DNA from: a phage
Reading direction: 5' to 3' (one strand)
Sequence record: PZ386969.1
Length of the DNA: 64,000 bases
Shown: in pieces, positions 45,569 to 55,692 of the stretch
Layout: each line of letters begins with the position of its first letter
Position numbering within the stretch: the first letter of the stretch is position 1
Translations under genes and position numbers: made by a program
Notes under the pieces: model-generated
What the model was told of the DNA's origin: nothing
The model's database searches: none
What the model saw: the letters and a program-made list of their open reading frames with translations, nothing else

Positions 45569-48500
45569 CTACCAGTAATACCAATCACCTTTTTTACTTC
45601 TGACTAGAATAGAACAATCGGTAACAGCTACTGTAGACACCCCACCAATCCTTATCTCATACAGTTTACTAGGCAATCTTTTCTTAGTTAGAGAGACTTT
45701 AAAATCTGTACCAGTTACAGTGATATATTCCGTCCCATCCTCACTATCTATCTGTAAATCTAGGCCGCTGGGACTTGCTGGGAGCTTAACATAAAGCTGT
45801 TGTTCTGCTGTACTACCAGCAAAATGACCGATAACTGTAGATGTCCACTCACTTAAAGTCAACCCTGAACGCACAAAGTCTACATTGAGCGGTTCCTTAA
45901 TAAGTGCAGCAGGTGCATTGTAATTATGCCCGTTAAGTACATAGTAGTTGCTGCTACCAACCTCTACTGTGTCTGCTGTGCAGTAAGAGTGGAAGGTTTT
46001 TGCGTTATCAAAGCGATATAGACTTCTGATTAGCACACGCTCTTGATTGCTTCTGGTTAAAATGCCACAACCTGCGGAAAGGTGGAGTGTGGAGATGGTA
46101 AGCGTATGACTTTCACTGTTGGCCTTGGATGACAGCAATGACACCTTGGGTTCACCCTCTTGAGTAAAGTCTTTACTATTACCCTCACAGTACATGACCC
46201 CAATGTCCCACGCAGCAGGGTCCATTGTTACTACCCCAGCACCTGCCGTATTCTCAGAGCAAATCACACCAACACTGGTAGACAAACCACGACCTAAGAT
46301 AATACCAGCACCTATTGTATATTTACTCGCATCATCCGTGATTGGGTCATAACCTAGTCCCGTAGACTTATCAGTACCCCATGCACTAATGTGAGGGAAG
46401 TGTGTAGCATTCACATAGGTATCCCCTTGCTCACCTTCTGTTGAATAACCTAATGCCATACCCCTTGCACAGTTGTTTGCATGGAGAGTGCCCATTTGAA
46501 AATACCAGCAAGCAAACATTACAATGCCATATCTATTAGCATTATATGCATAGATGCTACCCATCTCAGATTCTGCACACAGAAGACGTGCATAAAAACC
46601 ATATGATGCAATATCTGCACAGTCTACGTTTAAGCTACCGATTAAGCGTAATCCTCGCACTTGATTCTCTGTATTAGCCACATCCACTGTTGCTGTACCG
46701 ACAGGAAATTTACTAACGCGTACAACAGCTTTTAACGTAGGCCATACGGAGCCAATTGCTTTAATTGTTGCCCCGTTTAGATTCCCACGTAAGTAAGAAG
46801 GTATAACAACCTCATCCGTTACGTGGTAGGTAGAATTCCCATTCAGATTTAATGTACCTGTGGCTATAGCTAGTTTTATAGCAGGTAAACAGTCAAAACT
46901 AGGGTCATTGGGGATTGCACCAAAATTCTCAGGTGAGTGTTCATTAAACCCTGTTAGCTTACCAACGTTAGTCCAAGAAGAGTCTGGGGCAGCACCATAA
47001 CTAACAGGTAGTGTCCCATTGTACTTGTACCAGAACCCATCTGAATGTAGAACAACCTGATATTTATCGGATACATTCCCACCATCACCGAATACACCGC
47101 TCTTTTTGTAAAGAGACAGACTACCGGAATCAATAAGAGAAGAACCTTTCCAGGAGGCTAAACGTTGCTCTAATCCAACAACACCAACTACAAGCCATGC
47201 CCCTGGACCAACACCTCCTGTACCCAATGGGGTAGATTCTGGAGGGACTACTTTGGGTACAGAACCATCCCAACGATATTTAATATCGTTACTCACAACC
47301 AACTCATTCTTGGTATTAACAGTTACACCTGTATCGAATGAACCAGGTAAGGTCACATACTCCTCACGAGATACGGCTAATGCGCCCAGATCAACACTAC
47401 CAGCAGAATGCACAAGTACAGCCGAAGAACTAAGGCTGACTGCCGTGGTTCCAGTCGGTAGCTCTGGAATAAAATATGATCTCTGTGTTACTTTATCATA
47501 GATAACTTTATACCCGCTTAGCACAGCACCAACACTAAAATAAACGACCTCTGTATCTTTAACATTGGTTACACGAGCCACTTCCCGCAAAGTATGATCA
47601 ATTTGATTATAGATGTTTGGTGTTCCATTGATAATTACAACAACTTCATCTTCTGGTTCCAGTTCTTGCGCCAGAGTGATTTTACTGGTTAATGGATCGA
47701 ATGTGAATCCCAGATTTTTATACTGACGACTTCCGTTTATATCAATGGCCGGAACATCATCAACAACGACGTCCAACGTGATTTCGGTTTCACCGCCAAT
47801 CGCTGAACCCCCATTATAGACCCAAGTAATCGTAGAAGAACTAGAACCACCGCCATTACCCAATTGAATAGGAGTATATTCAATCACCTGAAGTTCTGTG
47901 CTGGCTGGCAAAGAAGGACTGAAAGTGATTACATTCCCATCTAGTGAATATTTGGATTCCGCAAGGCGTTTTCCGTCAGCATACACGTCCACGATTGTTG
48001 GTGGAGTATTGAGAGTGACAGTACTTGTTTCAGACGCCAAAATTTTTGTAAAGATTTCACGACTGTAGACACGGCCTTGGCCAAGACCGACGCCGGATGT
48101 AATAATCCAACCTTGTTCAGGTCCAGACCAAGTGAACGTTGCTGATACGTTATCAGTTGTTATAGCCATGTCTTCAGTGGAGCCATACAAATTATTTCCA
48201 GAAGGAGACACGGTCAATGGGTAAGTGGCAAATTTCCCATAAGCATCACAAATAGTAACGGAATCCCCAATACGCGTAGGGGAAGGGAGAACCACTGTAG
48301 ATGCCCCTGTGGTATTATTAATGAGATAGCCTCGCCCTTCAGTGAGCGTTGCCGTAGAGGCATGCGGAAGGACTTCCCAGCGGATGCCACCGCCACCCAG
48401 CGGCAACCAACCACCATTTTCGTAATAACCTTCGAATTCGTCGGAGTCGGCATTGTAGCGAACGGAAGACGGGAGTCCTGCGCTGGCATTACCCTCGGGT

Positions 48501-48622
48501 AAAGTCAGGACAGCATCTGGTCCATGCTCAATCGTACCCGTGTTGAGGACACCAGCCAAAGTAGACTGCTCTTCAGCCGCCAGACCGAGAGGGAAAACAG
48601 GCTGTGTTGGTTTATTAGCCAT
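45569..48622 (-). CDS. tailspike-like protein 3 (1017 aa) with extended N-terminal region
   Basis: Shared module in mid-protein; start moved to ATG MANKPTQ after a late-promoter hairpin. Confidence 0.7.
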   Translation of the reverse strand: MANKPTQPVFPLGLAAEEQSTLAGVLNTGTIEHGPDAVLTLPEGNASAGLPSSVRYNADSDEFEGYYENGGWLPLGGGGIRWEVLPHASTATLTEGRGYLINNTTGASTVVLPSPTRIGDSVTICDAYGKFATYPLTVSPSGNNLYGSTEDMAITTDNVSATFTWSGPEQGWIITSGVGLGQGRVYSREIFTKILASETSTVTLNTPPTIVDVYADGKRLAESKYSLDGNVITFSPSLPASTELQVIEYTPIQLGNGGGSSSSTITWVYNGGSAIGGETEITLDVVVDDVPAIDINGSRQYKNLGFTFDPLTSKITLAQELEPEDEVVVIINGTPNIYNQIDHTLREVARVTNVKDTEVVYFSVGAVLSGYKVIYDKVTQRSYFIPELPTGTTAVSLSSSAVLVHSAGSVDLGALAVSREEYVTLPGSFDTGVTVNTKNELVVSNDIKYRWDGSVPKVVPPESTPLGTGGVGPGAWLVVGVVGLEQRLASWKGSSLIDSGSLSLYKKSGVFGDGGNVSDKYQVVLHSDGFWYKYNGTLPVSYGAAPDSSWTNVGKLTGFNEHSPENFGAIPNDPSFDCLPAIKLAIATGTLNLNGNSTYHVTDEVVIPSYLRGNLNGATIKAIGSVWPTLKAVVRVSKFPVGTATVDVANTENQVRGLRLIGSLNVDCADIASYGFYARLLCAESEMGSIYAYNANRYGIVMFACWYFQMGTLHANNCARGMALGYSTEGEQGDTYVNATHFPHISAWGTDKSTGLGYDPITDDASKYTIGAGIILGRGLSTSVGVICSENTAGAGVVTMDPAAWDIGVMYCEGNSKDFTQEGEPKVSLLSSKANSESHTLTISTLHLSAGCGILTRSNQERVLIRSLYRFDNAKTFHSYCTADTVEVGSSNYYVLNGHNYNAPAALIKEPLNVDFVRSGLTLSEWTSTVIGHFAGSTAEQQLYVKLPASPSGLDLQIDSEDGTEYITVTGTDFKVSLTKKRLPSKLYEIRIGGVSTVAVTDCSILVRSKKGDWYYW

Positions 48623-48625
48623 TTC

Positions 48626-48666
48626 AAATACCCCTAAATGTGTTCGTTTCATCTAGGGGTATTTAG
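48626..48666 (-). promoter_or_regulatory. late promoter CTAAATACCCCTA as 5' arm of hairpin; 3' arm TAGGGGTATTT 3 nt before ATG 48622
   Basis: Inverted repeat AAATACCCCTA / TAGGGGTATTT with 17-nt loop. Confidence 0.55.
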
Positions 48667-48668
48667 TT

Positions 48669-49859
48669 TTAGAAAGAAGCTACAATAGAATAATCGACCG
48701 AACAAGCAGTTGTTGTATTCGCATTAACAACGGAAACTCTCAATTTACCACCCACCACAGCCCCTGTGAACGTCACTGTACCGCTCGTACTTTTCTGAAC
48801 CAACAACTCCGACTTGATAGTTCCGTCGCGAGTTATGGTTACTCGATATGTATCAACAACGTTACCTGTTCCCCATTGCGCGGTCACCAGTATTTGACAA
48901 AGGTTCACCAAATCAAAATCTGGAAGAGCCGTCGTCCCAGAAGCCGAAACCGTGTAAGAAGACAAATTCGTTTTGGTACGATAAACGGCGTTCCCTAAAC
49001 TATTGTCGACAGAGGTCATCTTGGCATTATACGTTGATACGCTAACTTTATCACTGGAAAGAGAACTGATGCTGTTATCCAGAGATGACATCTTCGTGTT
49101 GTACGTGCTAACCTCGACTTTATTACCCAGAGACGTATTGATATTGGAGATACTCAAATCCAATGACGCCATCTTCGTGTTGTAAGTCGAGGTGTTAACT
49201 TTCCCGTTTAACGATGTGTTGATGTTATTGATTCGGGACTCTAGACTCAGCATATCTGCGTCATACGCTGTCGTTGTCACATATCCATTAAATCGGTTAT
49301 CTGCAAACAACGCATCAAAAAATGCAGTCATTGTCCAATAACGCGCTCCAGAATCTGTTTGTACTGGAATTGAAGTTGGCATCGTTGATCCGGTATACGC
49401 AGACAATCTGGTGAAATCCAAATTGAATTTGTAATATCCGGATGTCAACAACTCCCCAGCCAAACCAGAACCAGGTGGGGTAGTGTCTTCACTGACACCA
49501 TGCTTTCTCAACATGCTCAGGTTAACACCATCTGTCGCTATCGTAGGCTCATCCACGATAGACAGTTTCTTCCCAGCCGGAACAGTCAGGCCGCCGTTGG
49601 CGGTCAACAACGCAACAAAAGTCTTGCTCCCATTGATCGTTTGTTCACCACCGTCGGTGCGGATCACTTTGTTTTTCAGTGTGTCGTAGATATTATCCAC
49701 AGAACGCTTCAGCTCGTATGTCAGATGAGCTGAAGGAGGGAACAACGGATCATCAACAGCGAAATCGTTGACAACATCAGTCTTGCTTATTTTATCGTCA
49801 ACAGAAGAAAGGATTGCATCAATCTGCTGACCTGTGTATCGACTCAGAAAATCGGCCAT
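48669..49859 (-). CDS. tail fibre protein with tandem 20-aa repeats
   Basis: Repeats of the STYNTKM..SISNINTSLGNKVEV type; AAGGAG RBS. Confidence 0.6.
   Translation of the reverse strand: MADFLSRYTGQQIDAILSSVDDKISKTDVVNDFAVDDPLFPPSAHLTYELKRSVDNIYDTLKNKVIRTDGGEQTINGSKTFVALLTANGGLTVPAGKKLSIVDEPTIATDGVNLSMLRKHGVSEDTTPPGSGLAGELLTSGYYKFNLDFTRLSAYTGSTMPTSIPVQTDSGARYWTMTAFFDALFADNRFNGYVTTTAYDADMLSLESRINNINTSLNGKVNTSTYNTKMASLDLSISNINTSLGNKVEVSTYNTKMSSLDNSISSLSSDKVSVSTYNAKMTSVDNSLGNAVYRTKTNLSSYTVSASGTTALPDFDLVNLCQILVTAQWGTGNVVDTYRVTITRDGTIKSELLVQKSTSGTVTFTGAVVGGKLRVSVVNANTTTACSVDYSIVASF
48990..49245 (-). repeat. in-frame tandem repeats (about 60-nt unit, 4 copies) inside the tail fibre gene
   Basis: Protein-level repeats of the STYNTKM..SISNINTSLGNKVEV type. 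Confidence 0.55.
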
Positions 49860-49860
49860 T

Positions 49861-50715
49861 TTAACTCCTTGAACTTTCTAGGAATACAGTAAACCCAGCA
49901 GGATGGAAATGCTGACGGAAGACGCGATCAAACACACCTTCAAAATCAGATACGTTGCCAGGAACTCTTATCACATACGTGAATTCATCATAGTAGTAAT
50001 CGTCACGCATTCCTGTCGCGCCGTCACATTCAAAGTTGTCATCCAGGCCACCAATTTCTTCCTTGGGATAATACACACTCACTGGGCAACCAAAGTAAAT
50101 CCAGAAGAACAATTCAATCGCTTTCTTCGTCCCGCGAATGCGATAAATGTGTTTAAGTAACTTCAACCAGCGTACATGGTCCAGTGTCCGGCGTTCAGTT
50201 CCCTCGACATACACAGAGAGAGTGTCTCCGTCTGAAGTCACCAAACTGTCCGAACCAACTGGCACAAACTTCCCGAACTCCAGGAAGGACTTATCAACCG
50301 TTCTCTGGAATCCAAAATCAGCATACCAATCGTCGATGCGTTCGTTCTTGTCTTCCATTGAGATTAATGGCCGACCGTCCACGTCCAGCAAATCTTCGAA
50401 GTCTAGCGCCATCATGTTCTCAAACGTGCGCGTCAGGAACTTGTCTTCCAAGAAGTCTTTGGCCTCAGTACCTGGCGTCTTGCGCTTCTTGATGTCAATC
50501 AACTGCTCAATAGGAGACTGATCCGTATTTGGGTTCACCCAGCCACCAGTGTCTGCCAGATACGCCAAGATCTCCTCTTCGGTGAATCCCTGCTGGCGGT
50601 ACAACCAGTTGAAGAACGTATCCATAAACTCGATGAATACTGGGAATTCATTCTGGTAAAACAATGGGGTTTCATATTTCACCCCATTGTGTCCGTTATT
50701 AAGATCTTTGGACAT
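49861..50715 (-). CDS. baseplate wedge protein (putative)
   Basis: GGAGG RBS; directly downstream of and overlapping the gp6-like gene; assignment by position only. Confidence 0.45.
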   Translation of the reverse strand: MSKDLNNGHNGVKYETPLFYQNEFPVFIEFMDTFFNWLYRQQGFTEEEILAYLADTGGWVNPNTDQSPIEQLIDIKKRKTPGTEAKDFLEDKFLTRTFENMMALDFEDLLDVDGRPLISMEDKNERIDDWYADFGFQRTVDKSFLEFGKFVPVGSDSLVTSDGDTLSVYVEGTERRTLDHVRWLKLLKHIYRIRGTKKAIELFFWIYFGCPVSVYYPKEEIGGLDDNFECDGATGMRDDYYYDEFTYVIRVPGNVSDFEGVFDRVFRQHFHPAGFTVFLESSRS

Positions 50716-52477
50716 AACGCACCTCCGGCTCCACAGTCACAGCACCGATGCGGAGCACCTGATTCTGTGTGGCCTGAATGTTCTGGTCAAGACCGTCTGG
50801 AGACACAATTATTGTCACACCCTCAGTGTTGTAGTTGGATACTATGATACGCTGGAGTTCAACAACGCCAGTCACATAATCAACCATTCCAACAGCTTGT
50901 ACCAGATATTCCTTGGTCGTGTCTGTTGTACTCACCTTGTACATATTCAGGACACCACTGACGTCGCGTATGTAGTAAGTGAATTCGACCTCGGCCGGAA
51001 GCGGCTTAAACCCACTGATACGCACAGAACCAGACGCAATCGAGCGCCCATAATCGAATGTGAAGCTGTCCAGTACCCCATAGTCTGGCTTGAAATGGCG
51101 CTTATACTTCACAGAAGTGATGTTTGACACTATCGATCTGTCCATGTCGGTGATGGCCGACTGCAACTGCTCTTTATCGAACAGTTCGTCGAATCCTTCT
51201 AGGTTCCCCAAGCCCCAGTTGACAACACCGTTCTTCACGACTGTCTTCAACTGCTCTTCGGTATAGGACGTGGAAGTCGGATCCCAGAACACGCGGGTGG
51301 TGACATCAACATAAGTCAGTTCAGCGTCGACAATCTTGGGTGTGATCGTGCCCACATTGTACTTGTCTAACGTCGCCACGATATCTGCCTTCTCAGCGTC
51401 CGAGAGCGCCTCACCAACAGAAGGTATCACAGCAATGTAAACGTATCCGGAGTCAGGCGGAGAGAGCGTGTCGCCGCCATATGCTTTGGCGCGGGAGACG
51501 TTGGAGAACAGACGCTCGGTCAACACAGCATAATCGACTTCGGCCACTGCCGCACCCTCAGCCTGATAAGCCAGCGGAGCAAGGCGCTTGATGTCCTCAA
51601 TGCTCTCTGGGTCCGCACCGCCGGAAGAACGTTCTGACACCAGCTCAACATCCACAAGGTTGAATCCCCCGATGGAAGACGCGGAGGACAAGGTAGTGAT
51701 GTCATTGCCGTCTGCACCAGCTGTCTCCAGATACTGGAGGTACACGACGTTCCCGTCTTCTACTCGCTTACAGATATACCCATCACCGAATTCGAACGTG
51801 TACATCCCGTCCAACCCCAGCTCAACGAAGTAGAGTTGCGCATACTGGCTCAAATCGAACGGGCTGACATATCGTGAGAAGGTAGACCGCACGTCAGATG
51901 TCTCAGATTCCTGCACCTGCACCACCATATGGTCGATGTCCACGGAAGAAGATGGGATCACATAGGTAGAGATCGCGCTACCTTCCACATCATAGGACTT
52001 GTACAGCCAGTTACCCTGTATGAGTTTGATGTTCTCGAACTTGTAAGAGCCGTCTACAAGAGAGGCGCTCACAGGTTGGTCAACCGTGAAGTTGTAGGAT
52101 TTGCCATCCTTCGCCCCAATGAACATCGCGCGGCGATCCATTATAATCGTGTCCGGAGCCGTGCTGGCGTCATATGGAGTGACTGTGACGTTTGCGTACA
52201 GGTACGCCGCCTGGTAGTTGTGAGGGGTGTACGACAAGAACCCGGCCGCAAGACCGACATTAGAACGCTGTTGAGCAGAGTGAAGATGGCTTTCGCCATT
52301 CAGCATGTTCTGCATGAACCCGATAGAGTTGGCATCCGAGGCCAAGATACGCACGATTGCACTGAGACCAGAACCTTCAAAGTCATAATCCTTGAAAGTT
52401 GGATCAGCTTTCATGCGCTTCTTGATAAGATACTCGAAAGCCCTGACATCGAGTGAAGGGACTGTTTGCGTGGCCAT
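50699..52477 (-). CDS. baseplate wedge protein (gp6 / J-like, putative)
   Basis: 592 aa; start moved from TTG 52528 to ATG MATQTV with GGAGA RBS; late motif GCTAAATATC upstream. Confidence 0.55.
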   Translation of the reverse strand: MATQTVPSLDVRAFEYLIKKRMKADPTFKDYDFEGSGLSAIVRILASDANSIGFMQNMLNGESHLHSAQQRSNVGLAAGFLSYTPHNYQAAYLYANVTVTPYDASTAPDTIIMDRRAMFIGAKDGKSYNFTVDQPVSASLVDGSYKFENIKLIQGNWLYKSYDVEGSAISTYVIPSSSVDIDHMVVQVQESETSDVRSTFSRYVSPFDLSQYAQLYFVELGLDGMYTFEFGDGYICKRVEDGNVVYLQYLETAGADGNDITTLSSASSIGGFNLVDVELVSERSSGGADPESIEDIKRLAPLAYQAEGAAVAEVDYAVLTERLFSNVSRAKAYGGDTLSPPDSGYVYIAVIPSVGEALSDAEKADIVATLDKYNVGTITPKIVDAELTYVDVTTRVFWDPTSTSYTEEQLKTVVKNGVVNWGLGNLEGFDELFDKEQLQSAITDMDRSIVSNITSVKYKRHFKPDYGVLDSFTFDYGRSIASGSVRISGFKPLPAEVEFTYYIRDVSGVLNMYKVSTTDTTKEYLVQAVGMVDYVTGVVELQRIIVSNYNTEGVTIIVSPDGLDQNIQATQNQVLRIGAVTVEPEVRYVQRS

Positions 52478-52515
52478 GATAATCTCCATCACCTGAGTTT
52501 GAATATGGTGTTGAA

Positions 52516-52526
52516 GATATTTAGCC
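52516..52526 (-). promoter_or_regulatory. late promoter motif GCTAAATATCT upstream of gp6-like gene
   Basis: Motif about 40 nt before ATG 52477. Confidence 0.45.
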
Positions 52527-52650
52527 AACGGGAATCAAAACGCTCGCGCGCGTTTAATTTATTCGAATATAACTCGCGAGGGGGCTGACGCCCTCGCTCG
52601 TAACACCGCCCTATGCGGGCAGCACCATTCCACAGCCATGGAGGCTGCTT

Positions 52651-52678
52651 CTCGTTGTTCGTTGACACTCACAACTCG
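52651..52678. repeat. 28-nt motif CTCGTTGTTCGTTGACACTCACAACTCG, copy of 11981-12008
   Basis: Located in the strand-switch region between the baseplate block and the plus-strand block. Confidence 0.6.
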
Positions 52679-52842
52679 AAGGGCACTGCGTTAGGATACA
52701 GTTTCTTGATGTTGTAGAAAAGTAGTTTTTACCTATTAATAATCACTGTCATTATTTTATTGGTCATTCCTGTGTTTATATTCAATAAACATACTCCCAA
52801 TATAATAACGGAGACATTTAATCAATCCAGTGAGGCTCCGGA

Positions 52843-53412
52843 ATGCACATTAACACAGCAATCATGAAACACATTATTCCTTTGTTAGCAAAATACGAAG
52901 GGGAACGCGCCGCGAAAATCCCTTTTGGAACAATTACCGAAGAAGTGAAACGCCTGACAGGTAAAAGTATCAATTTCCGTCGCGTTATTGAATCTGCCTT
53001 AGAGTTGGCTCGTTCTGATTTACGAAATCCAACATTTTCATTTAATATTGACATAACTTCTTCGCTTCGACAAGAAATGGAAGAATCATCACAAGCGCGG
53101 CGCAATCGTTTCCGTCATTTATATGTTCGTAACGAATTCTCTGAAGGTCGTGTTGGTATGAAACTGGAGTCTATTCGTTCTGACATTTGCTTCACTGTCA
53201 ACTATGTTTTAGAGCCAGAAAGCGGGCGCATTTATTTTGGCGCGATTATCGGTTTCTATGGGAACTCCATTAATGGTTGGGCAGAACGCGTTGGATTAAA
53301 AGAAACCCAGAACACTCATTCCACACCTTCTACCCATTATATGACGCATGAAGCTGCTGGCGAATATGTTTACCTTCTGCGTCGTGTTGTGAAGTTAGAA
53401 GTGTTAAAATAA
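52843..53412 (+). CDS. hypothetical protein (189 aa)
   Basis: ATG with GAGG RBS; first gene of the plus-strand block. Confidence 0.5.
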   Translation: MHINTAIMKHIIPLLAKYEGERAAKIPFGTITEEVKRLTGKSINFRRVIESALELARSDLRNPTFSFNIDITSSLRQEMEESSQARRNRFRHLYVRNEFSEGRVGMKLESIRSDICFTVNYVLEPESGRIYFGAIIGFYGNSINGWAERVGLKETQNTHSTPSTHYMTHEAAGEYVYLLRRVVKLEVLK

Positions 53413-53469
53413 CGCTTTATTCAATAAATAATTGCAGTAAAGTTATTTGCATGGAAGGGAGGGAACACT

Positions 53470-53616
53470 ATGTTTTACATGATGTTACTCCTCATCCTTC
53501 TGATCGGGATTACCTTTACTCTCCTGGGTCTACTCGATCAGTCCGGTAAACAGACGCCCACTTCGGCGCATCCGGTTTTGTGTGAAGGTTCGTCCGCACT
53601 GCTGTGGGCAGTGTAG
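53470..53616 (+). CDS. small hydrophobic protein (48 aa), absent from ORF track
   Basis: ATG preceded by AAGGGAGGG RBS; MFYMMLLLILLIGITFTLLGLL transmembrane-like segment. Confidence 0.4.
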   Translation: MFYMMLLLILLIGITFTLLGLLDQSGKQTPTSAHPVLCEGSSALLWAV

Positions 53617-55444
53617 CACAAAGAGGAGAGGACTTTTCAAATTAGCTTGGCTGTAGTAAAGTATTAAACACGAGGCGAATAGCGCGGTGGTAGTAGGGCT
53701 GGAACCCGAAACCAGGAAAGCCCAGTCTCAGGGCACCGTGACGAATAGAGGCGTAATATCAACCTCGCTGGTGTCGGTGGACGCACTGACCGTCGGAGAA
53801 CGAAACTCCCTGTTGTAGCGTGATTAGCTCAGAGAAGAGAGCGCCCCGTTGGCGAGTCGACACCAACACATAGGGGAGGTCGGGTCTGCCAAAATCCATC
53901 ACGCCGACAACATTATGAGTCTTCCATAGAGGGTTCATAATGTTGCGTCAAAGGGCAACACAAAGGTTCCTGTTGGTTGAATTAACTTGATTCATAGTTC
54001 CTACTGATCTTCCCGGATTCGAAGGATCACCAACAGGCGAGGCCGGATGCGTAAGTTCCGGTAAATCGATGGTGACGCCCTCGCAAACAAAAATAAAAGG
54101 TTTTATCAATAACGGGTTACAAAGTATAGTTAACCCACTGAACGGCAAGCTGTTTGAGTCCTGGCCACTCATAGTGTTGTGAGACCAAGACAGGTACGTT
54201 TAGGACTCAAACAGGTTTTCGTTTTCGTTGTGCGTGACTTTGCGGGTTTTTAGAAACTGACCAAGCAAATAACTGCTAATGATTCCGAAGTTCTGATGGC
54301 GGCGTAACAGCCTATAAGTCAGTGAGGTCTTCCGATTCCTCATCACCAAATTCGGCGCACTAAAATAGACGGGAGGGTGTGATTAATAAGCTCCCGTCGA
54401 CAATGCCGTTATATCTGACTGTCCAAAGGGGATAAGCTCCTGAGTAAGCAGAGGTGGGTTGCCTAAGTCAGATGGGATGTAAGGTCAGCGCTGGCCAAGC
54501 ATTTGGGTTCGACTCCTAAAAACGGCTCCACATCTTTGAGGATATTCTCACGAGTATCTTGAAAGATGTGAGCGAAGTCTTGCCATCAGCCCTGATCCCT
54601 GGCAGGTGAAGGGCACACAAATCGAAGTGCCTTGACAATTTATCTTAAACCCAAAGGTTGATCTACAAATTTGGGCGGCCAATCCGGTGGACGATAACAG
54701 CATATTGGGCCATACTGTTGAGTCAGGGCACTTCGATTTGTGAACTTTAGAGAGCATTGGGTGAAATAGACCATGCCTTGCAGATTGCGATGCCTACACA
54801 TTCCGGACACTGGTGGGCACCAAGAAGAACTCAGTAGCAGACGAGCCATCAGGGTTAGCTACCCGGCGCGGCGAGGACTGGGAGGCCGAACTAAGGGGAA
54901 ACCCGAGACAGGCGTAGTATTCTCAAGTTCACAAAATGAAGAGCATTTAAAGAGTTCGATTCTCTTTCAGGCCATTCGTGGTGTGATGTGAGTCATGAAT
55001 GTTCTTCATCTTTGGGTGATTCTATGTTGTCGGGCTATCAACCCATGCTTGCTGGAGCAACCAGCGGCTCTGAATCAACCAGCCAGCCTCGTTTGGTCCG
55101 AGCGTTAGAGGACAAGTTGCTTCTACATGGAAGCTGCGAGTTGCGACATTGGTTGCAACTTTGATGGCTCTGGATTTTATAAACCATGTCTATGGGTGAC
55201 GCGGGATCTTTAGTACCAGAGCTATCAAAGTTGTGTCCAACCCGATCTTACAAGCCCGTATCCCGGTCTGGTTAAGACTTGTAAGTGGAAAGCCCTGGAA
55301 AAATAAACGCCTGTGGCGAGGCTATGGTGCAAGCCAAAGACCCACAGAAGCGCGTTGCCGTGAGGCGCACAAACAGGCATGCATGAACTGATCATGCACA
55401 AACGGGATAAAGGGTTGACAGTCCTTGGTTGGTCACAATAATTT

Positions 55445-55521
55445 GGTCCTGTAGCTCAGTCGGTTAGAGCAGTGAACTCATAATTCATTGGTCATTGGTT
55501 CAAACCCAATCAGGATCACCA
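55445..55521 (+). tRNA. tRNA-Met (CAU)
   Basis: Manual cloverleaf: acceptor GGTCCTG/CAGGATC, D-arm GCTC-AGTCGGTTA-GAGC, anticodon loop CTCATAA, T-arm ATTGG-TTCAAAC-CCAAT, encoded CCA. Confidence 0.8.
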
Positions 55522-55655
55522 TATTGAGGGGCGATAGTTTAATGGATAGCTGTCCGGACAGTGAATCCTCATAGAGAACGGCTGGGCGGCCAAACCCAGC
55601 AGGTGAGGTGAAAAGCCTCAGACCCCGCCAATACAGTTTGTTGTAAAATAAATGT

Positions 55656-55683
55656 TTGTTCAATAAACTTTATATGGTATAGT
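55656..55683 (+). promoter_or_regulatory. sigma70-like promoter TTGTTC-N16-TATAGT upstream of tRNA-Asn
   Basis: -10 ends 9 nt before tRNA 5' end. Confidence 0.4.
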
Positions 55684-55692
55684 GATTTGCAA

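Noticed and set aside
45225-48652. ORF-track starts at 45225 and 48652 for tailspikes 2 and 3 (and at 40487, 52528, 25903, 11080, 60389 for other genes)
   Set aside because: These start codons are GTG/TTG or fall inside the promoter hairpin; the next in-frame ATG has the RBS and was used instead.
55522-55640. tRNA between tRNA-Met and tRNA-Asn
   Set aside because: No T-loop; only generic hairpins. May be a processing spacer or small RNA.
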